From positions 63,789 to 127,788 of the forward strand of contig DAMH01000027.1 of assembly GCA_002499585.1 (NCBI GenBank): DNA of 64,000 nucleotides, written 5' to 3'. The notes under the pieces were generated by a model. The model did no database searches, was not told the origin of the DNA, and was given only the letters and a program-made list of their open reading frames with translations. The stretch comes from Euryarchaeota archaeon UBA552. GTDB taxonomy: Archaea > Thermoplasmatota > Poseidoniia > Poseidoniales > Thalassarchaeaceae. The translations under genes and the position numbers were made by a program. Positions 58,620 to 64,000 of this stretch are shown one piece after another (the first letter of the stretch is position 1; each line of letters begins with the position of its first letter).

Positions 58620-58685
58620 GGCAATGCCTCGTATGTGCTACCGACACGACTTGACGTCATAAGGGCTGCCACTCGTTGGTGAGGT

Positions 58686-61600
58686 TCATTCCTGGTCCTC
58701 GGGTTCAGATGGAAGGTTTGTTGGCTGGCTGAATATTTCTTGTGCCCCGCCTAGCGCTGAGTTAGCTATGTGATCATGGATGGGCAAATCTGGAGGGAGG
58801 CCAAGTGGTTCAAAATTTGTGTACTCCTCCATAGGGCCGCCAGCTCCGCGCACGATCCTTACAGCCGTGAATAGAATGGCCAGTGCCCCTATCACACCAA
58901 CAGCGATGAGAAGATAGTTCCCCAGAGTAAGGCCAATCTCCTCTACGTTGGGACCTTCATCCACGGGATTGGATTTTAGCATTGTTAGAGGGGTGCTGCT
59001 ACTGGTTTTGTCAATGTCAGTGTCAACAAGCAGCGTCAGCGCAAATAGCATGGAGTTATCCTCAAGATTTCGAAGGTTGTCTTCGTCGATTACGAGGGTG
59101 ACTTTGACTAGTCGAGTCTCATCTGAGCCCAGAACGAAGTCTCTGTCACTGGTATCAACTCGGGCGTCGAAGACGTTGAAGAATAGGTCAGACTGCCTGT
59201 CGATGTCGGCACGTACCAACTGTTCGTACGAGGGGTGAAGGTTCCGTATCGAGAAGAATAAGTCGTAAGATCCCTCTTCGGATATGGTGGTCATAGCTTG
59301 TTCTGGGAATATTTGGAGCCATCCTACGGAGCCAACATCAAAAACAGCTGAACCGGAATCCTCCACAACTACATTCCTCTGTGCCGCAAGGTCCGATTTG
59401 GCCACCATCGAGACTACTCTCTCGCCAAAGGTGTCCGAATCAAAGCTGTATGAGACAGTGACGTTGTATGAAGAGCCAGCAGGTATCCAAGGAGTCAGGT
59501 CGCCATCTTCCCCGCTCTCCACAGTGACATCGGTAAGATGATCAAATGATAGTCTGTAACGGTCCATCTGATTTCCTCGGTTCCAGACCTCCCACCTCAG
59601 AGTTCTCGGTTCATCGCCCCCCCTGTAGACCTCGTCCGACATATCCAGTTCGGCTACTTCCACAAGCTGTGTTGAGGGCACTGTCAGGGTCATGGTTGTC
59701 TGCACTTCATACAAGGGGTTTGACTGACTTCGTGCAGTAACCCTCAGCAAGTATGTTTCATTATCCACGCCATAGGGCATGGGTAACAAAAGGAGTACGG
59801 ACGTATCCCCTCCGAAGGGGTCGATCCCAAGTGTCGAGGGCGTGCTGAGTCTGGCCCTTAAGGATGGGTCGGCGGTCACAAAGAGATCGTATGCCTCCTC
59901 TGAGTTGCCATTGTTGATTATTACTAGTTCCACTATGCGGGACGCGTTGTCCGCCGGAATCGTCCGCTCTCTGAACTCGGGGATTATCTCTAACTCGAAC
60001 TTATTGAGCACCTCAATCCGCAGAACTCTGTCAGCAGGGAAATTATTGGGTGCCTTTCCGTTGACATCAAGCCTGAGGTCATATATTCCGGGGATGGCAT
60101 CCTCGGGAACTGAGACATGAGGTATTAGATCGATTTCGTCTCCGATAGAGGTGAATATCGTTTCGATTGTGGCTCCTGTTTCATTGGACCATCTGATAAG
60201 AGTTGATGGGTCCCAGTTGGGTTCGTCAAGGTAGACGCCTCCGAGGTTCCAACTCCCAATTTGATTGCCGGTGTTGCTGAATGTGAGAGGAACACTGCCT
60301 GAATCCCCTGGATACAATTGAAGATGCGGATTGCCGCCAGAGGGATTGAAATCTAGGTCTATGAAACCGGAATATGATGGTTGAACATCGACGTATTGCA
60401 CTATTGGCTCCCCGAGTTCAAGCTTTGAAGCGTTAGTCAAGCCGTCATTGATGTGTATGTGCCATTCTAGTGACTCGACAGTTACAGATGCGGGAATGGA
60501 CAGATTAAACCACGCGGGCATTGTTGTTTGAGCTTTTATGATTTTAGTGACAATGAAAGAGTCTTTGTCGTTTGTACCTGGAGTATCGATTCTGATTAAA
60601 TCAGGCCAAGAGGAGTTGGTGACTTCGCTGTAGATCCTTAGAGTTATGTCGACGTATCCGTTGTTTGTTATGCCGCAAGCTAATTCGATAGGGTCCCCAA
60701 CTGGGATGACGGGATGAGCTTCTATCCCCTCTTTGTAATCTCCAGCGCAGTCCACGGAAATGGTGTATTCGGGGATCTTTTGGATAGCGAAGAGGAGGAA
60801 ACCGTCAATCTCTATCCCCGGGGTGGCACTCGTGCCATCGCTTCTAAAGAGGTATGAAAGTCGGTATTCTTGCTGAGCATGCACATCTGACATGTCCCAA
60901 ATTACCTGTTCCCACGAGTCATTGGAAGGCAATGTCATGTTTGTGAAATTTAATTCTTTGACATCAAGGCCTGAGACTGCTTGGAGTGTGACTGAGTCTC
61001 CCTGCCCCATCGCGCCTCTCGCGTTGGTGACTAACTGCATGGAATAAAATTGGTAACCGCGCACAACAGCGCCGCACATGAAAGCATCATGCACCGTACT
61101 GATTTGTGTATCCAAACTGCCGGCACCAAGTCCGTGTCCTGTATCACTGCATGCGGTATCGGCGGCCCTGAAACCTAGATGCAGCCTGTCAATCCTGCCA
61201 CTGGCGTAATCTAGCTGGCTATTTCCCGATATCCTCCAATGTGAGTCCCCGACGGCTGATGTGGTATTTGAGTAGTCTAGCCTCCAATGGCCTGCGTCAT
61301 CCGGGTCAGTGGAAAGTGTTCCGTCAGAATCGTAACCAGCAGTTAGCCATATCAAACCCAAATTGGGGGGATTGGGGCAGTTGATAACACCGTCTCCATC
61401 GACATCTGAGCACCACCCTTCATCCAGAGGGTCGTCAATCACGGCCACGGGAATTTCTCGCGATAGTACGTCATTGGATGGATCTTCATCAATACCGACT
61501 CCAGAATCTATTTCTACAGATACCAACAAGCCCCCACTCAAGGCCCCTTCCGGGGAAAGGACACTGTGAGAATAATTCGGGACATAGGTGAACGACTCTT

Positions 61601-61973
61601 GTTTGGCCTCTCCTCCTGTGAGGGTAACATTGGCTGAGAATTCTGCTAATGATATGCCAACTGGGTGGGTTACATTGACGTAGTAATCCGCATATTGCCC
61701 CTGCGCTCCTATTCCGAGTTGAGTGATTCTCACAGTTATGGTGAGGGTTTCGTCTCTTACGATGTATTCAGCGAGTTCCCCATCAGGTTGTTGCCAGATT
61801 GGTAAAGAGCTAGATGCAGAGGAAAATTCTATTGTCGTGACTTCGAAATCAGTCACAGCCCTAGCTGAAACGTGTGATTTTACATCTCCGCCTGAATCAC
61901 TCAATGCAACTCCTTGAACGGGCAATATCAACGCTGCGAGGAGCAGGGGCAACACGGCCGAGCGACCAGACAT
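58686..61973 (-). CDS. Large cell-surface protein (signal peptide, Ig-like/NEW3-type repeats, C-terminal TM anchor)
   Basis: 1095 aa, acidic and beta-rich; repeated N.GN..D/E.Y.L motifs; C-terminal hydrophobic helix with a short tail. Confidence 0.8.
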   Translation of the reverse strand: MSGRSAVLPLLLAALILPVQGVALSDSGGDVKSHVSARAVTDFEVTTIEFSSASSSLPIWQQPDGELAEYIVRDETLTITVRITQLGIGAQGQYADYYVNVTHPVGISLAEFSANVTLTGGEAKQESFTYVPNYSHSVLSPEGALSGGLLVSVEIDSGVGIDEDPSNDVLSREIPVAVIDDPLDEGWCSDVDGDGVINCPNPPNLGLIWLTAGYDSDGTLSTDPDDAGHWRLDYSNTTSAVGDSHWRISGNSQLDYASGRIDRLHLGFRAADTACSDTGHGLGAGSLDTQISTVHDAFMCGAVVRGYQFYSMQLVTNARGAMGQGDSVTLQAVSGLDVKELNFTNMTLPSNDSWEQVIWDMSDVHAQQEYRLSYLFRSDGTSATPGIEIDGFLLFAIQKIPEYTISVDCAGDYKEGIEAHPVIPVGDPIELACGITNNGYVDITLRIYSEVTNSSWPDLIRIDTPGTNDKDSFIVTKIIKAQTTMPAWFNLSIPASVTVESLEWHIHINDGLTNASKLELGEPIVQYVDVQPSYSGFIDLDFNPSGGNPHLQLYPGDSGSVPLTFSNTGNQIGSWNLGGVYLDEPNWDPSTLIRWSNETGATIETIFTSIGDEIDLIPHVSVPEDAIPGIYDLRLDVNGKAPNNFPADRVLRIEVLNKFELEIIPEFRERTIPADNASRIVELVIINNGNSEEAYDLFVTADPSLRARLSTPSTLGIDPFGGDTSVLLLLPMPYGVDNETYLLRVTARSQSNPLYEVQTTMTLTVPSTQLVEVAELDMSDEVYRGGDEPRTLRWEVWNRGNQMDRYRLSFDHLTDVTVESGEDGDLTPWIPAGSSYNVTVSYSFDSDTFGERVVSMVAKSDLAAQRNVVVEDSGSAVFDVGSVGWLQIFPEQAMTTISEEGSYDLFFSIRNLHPSYEQLVRADIDRQSDLFFNVFDARVDTSDRDFVLGSDETRLVKVTLVIDEDNLRNLEDNSMLFALTLLVDTDIDKTSSSTPLTMLKSNPVDEGPNVEEIGLTLGNYLLIAVGVIGALAILFTAVRIVRGAGGPMEEYTNFEPLGLPPDLPIHDHIANSALGGAQEIFSQPTNLPSEPEDQE

Positions 61974-62076
61974 GGCCCAACCCGCTGATCATGCCACAAA
62001 TAGAGGTTCTCACATTATGACTGGACGTGGTGGGAGAGATAATCCCCCCTAAGCAGGCCCCTGAGCGGCTAAAGAG

Positions 62077-63102
62077 ATGAAGACCTTATCCGTCTTGAAC
62101 AATCCAGCCGGCTCTATGCTGACGCAGAACAGCCGCCACAGGGTGTTCTTGATGTTAGTCGTCCTGGGGCAAATTTCATTTGTTCCAATTGTCATATTCG
62201 GGCTTACGAGGTTTGTTGAAACCGGCTGGACTGACGGGAGCCCCTACTTACTGTTCAGATGGGATCTCATCCCCTGGATTTGCTCAACCGGCATTTTCTA
62301 TGGAATGATATCGTTGATTTTGGCAATCGTGATGAGCGGTTGGATGCCCTCCGCCATTGCCATGAGGGGCGGATGGCTGGCATTCCTGGGGTTGTGGGGC
62401 CGCAGCAGGGACCCAAGAAAGATAGACAGGGCTTCGACAAGCCTATCCTCCAGCCCCTATGGACTACTCGCAACAGTTACTTCCAGACAAAGGGACCGAT
62501 TTGACCTTATATTCGTCCACGGGGGCCTTCAGACTCTCGCTATACCGATACAGGCCGTCTTAATCGCTCTCCCGATTATGGCCATCGAATATCTCCCCGA
62601 AGGAATCGTCAGGGGCGATGCCACACTTGAGCTTGTCAGCTTGGTCTATCTTGTGTCCCTGTGGATTGGTATGAGAATCCAGGTTGCGTATTCTCAGAAA
62701 CTTGTTGTTCCAGCTACTTACATGCGGCGATTCCTCGGAAGAACAGCGCAACTATCATGGGTGCTGCCCGTGATTGTGTATTGGTTTGTAGCGAGGACGA
62801 TCCTCGGATTCTTGCTAGGTGCAATGGGGATCGACTTGGGAGATCAGACCATAGAATTCGATATCTTGATCCTGGAGGAAATACTACCGGTGGAGCAGGA
62901 TGAAGCTGGAACTCCGTTAATTGATTTGATAGTCGCAATGGGTGTGCTTCCAGTTGCGACATTTACCACAATTTCCGTGTTGGCTGGAGGATATGAGATA
63001 CCAGAGTGGATGGATCCAAATAAGTTGGTTGGGAATATGAGGGATGGTATGTTGACTGAGGGTGAACAAGCGCCCCTCACGTTTGAAGATCAGAATTCCT
63101 GA
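62077..63102 (+). CDS. Hypothetical multi-pass membrane protein
   Basis: 341-aa ORF with about 6-7 hydrophobic segments. Confidence 0.75.
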   Translation: MKTLSVLNNPAGSMLTQNSRHRVFLMLVVLGQISFVPIVIFGLTRFVETGWTDGSPYLLFRWDLIPWICSTGIFYGMISLILAIVMSGWMPSAIAMRGGWLAFLGLWGRSRDPRKIDRASTSLSSSPYGLLATVTSRQRDRFDLIFVHGGLQTLAIPIQAVLIALPIMAIEYLPEGIVRGDATLELVSLVYLVSLWIGMRIQVAYSQKLVVPATYMRRFLGRTAQLSWVLPVIVYWFVARTILGFLLGAMGIDLGDQTIEFDILILEEILPVEQDEAGTPLIDLIVAMGVLPVATFTTISVLAGGYEIPEWMDPNKLVGNMRDGMLTEGEQAPLTFEDQNS

Positions 63103-64000
63103 GTCTGGTGATCACTTTCTCCACGCGGTCCATACCCCTCTCTATCTCTGACGTAGGGATGGTGTAAGCGAATCTGAGATGCCCCTCCCCTGATTTGCCG
63201 AATGCCGAACCGGGGCTGCACAGTACACCCTCAGACAACATTTCTATTGCTAACTCTTCGCTTGTTAATCCCTTCACTTCTATCTTGGGGAAGACATAGA
63301 AAGCGCCTTTCGGAACGTGACAAGAAACGCCATCCATGTTGTTTAGTCTACGTGAAATTATATCTCTGCGGGATTGGAACTCGTCCCTCATTGTGTTTGG
63401 ATAGTCTGATGCGTTGTTCATCGCCTCGAGAACCGCATATTGCATTGCATCGTTCGAACAAGCAGTGACGTAATATTGCATTTTGGTTACCTGCTCCATG
63501 GCATGTTTGTTCGGAGAGAGCACATAGCCGATTCGCCAACCAGTCATGGCGAATGTCTTTGAAAATGAATTCAGCATAATGACTTGGTCATACCCTGCTC
63601 CGAGGAAAGAAACATGGTCATCGCCGTACACTATCTTATCATAAACTTCGTCTGTGACGATCCAAAGGTCATGACGTTTGGCGAATGATATCAGGTCATC
63701 CCTTTGTTTTTTATCGACTGTCGCACCGGTCGGGTTGCTTGGGAAATTGTACAATATTGCAACTGTCTTTTCGTTGACTAGGTTTTCTAGATCATTGACC
63801 TGCGGGACAAACTCGTTCTCGAACTTACATGGATATGTCACCGGCGTTCCTCCGCATATTGTTACGTCTGGGGGGTACAGGGGGAAGTAGGGTTCCGGGA
63901 TTAGGACCTCATCACCCGGATTCACGATTGCCAAAAATATGTCCAATAGCGCGTTGGTTCCGCTCATGGTCATGCAGACACTGGTTTCGTCCAACTCTGG
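63077..64000 (-). CDS. Class I/II PLP-dependent aminotransferase (5' end outside the window)
   Basis: NFPSNPTG, VTDEVY, NSFSKTFAMTGWRIG, PKGAFY, LRFAY; the frame is open to the window edge. Confidence 0.92.
   Translation of the reverse strand, partial: PELDETSVCMTMSGTNALLDIFLAIVNPGDEVLIPEPYFPLYPPDVTICGGTPVTYPCKFENEFVPQVNDLENLVNEKTVAILYNFPSNPTGATVDKKQRDDLISFAKRHDLWIVTDEVYDKIVYGDDHVSFLGAGYDQVIMLNSFSKTFAMTGWRIGYVLSPNKHAMEQVTKMQYYVTACSNDAMQYAVLEAMNNASDYPNTMRDEFQSRRDIISRRLNNMDGVSCHVPKGAFYVFPKIEVKGLTSEELAIEMLSEGVLCSPGSAFGKSGEGHLRFAYTIPTSEIERGMDRVEKVITRLRNSDLQT

Noticed and set aside
62077-63102. 26-bp overlap of convergent 3' ends with the aminotransferase (also 12 bp at 1726-1737)
   Set aside because: Short convergent overlaps are ordinary in compact genomes.

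Overview
Core-chromosome segment of a Marine Group II euryarchaeon (Ca. Poseidoniales, Thermoplasmatota). The assignment rests on a complete archaeal 16S rRNA gene (35549-37020, minus strand) carrying the target sites of the MGII probes EURY806 and GII-554 as I recall them, plus Thermoplasmatota-type gene content. The window holds the L3-to-secY ribosomal protein super-operon (37352-51681), a stand-alone 16S gene, carAB, class I lysS, pyrH, folP, an Aap/Bzt amino-acid ABC transporter, a flotillin/NfeD pair, a thermosome subunit, a Hef helicase and several secreted or membrane proteins. I found no CRISPR array, mobile element or tRNA. Two loci stand out, both suggesting iron economy. (1) At 53715-56798 a two-gene operon encodes a tandem-flavodoxin protein fused to an SdhB/FrdB-like fold in which every Fe-S cysteine position is substituted. 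Its partner is an HdrB/SdhE-like CCG protein that keeps only 3 of 10 cluster cysteines. Together they are a candidate iron-free, FMN-based replacement for the Fe-S wire of a succinate-dehydrogenase-like complex. (2) At 5437-6513 a membrane-anchored single-lobe transferrin-like protein keeps all four transferrin Fe ligands. A perfect DtxR/SirR-type operator overlaps its promoter, and the gene appears translationally coupled to a PQQ/GSDH-type lipoprotein. Candidate structured RNAs lie upstream of rpl3 and of the 16S gene. SecY has a 4-TM N-terminal extension and eL32 has an N-terminal SAP domain. All alignments were done by eye against remembered family motifs; no database searches or folding programs were run.
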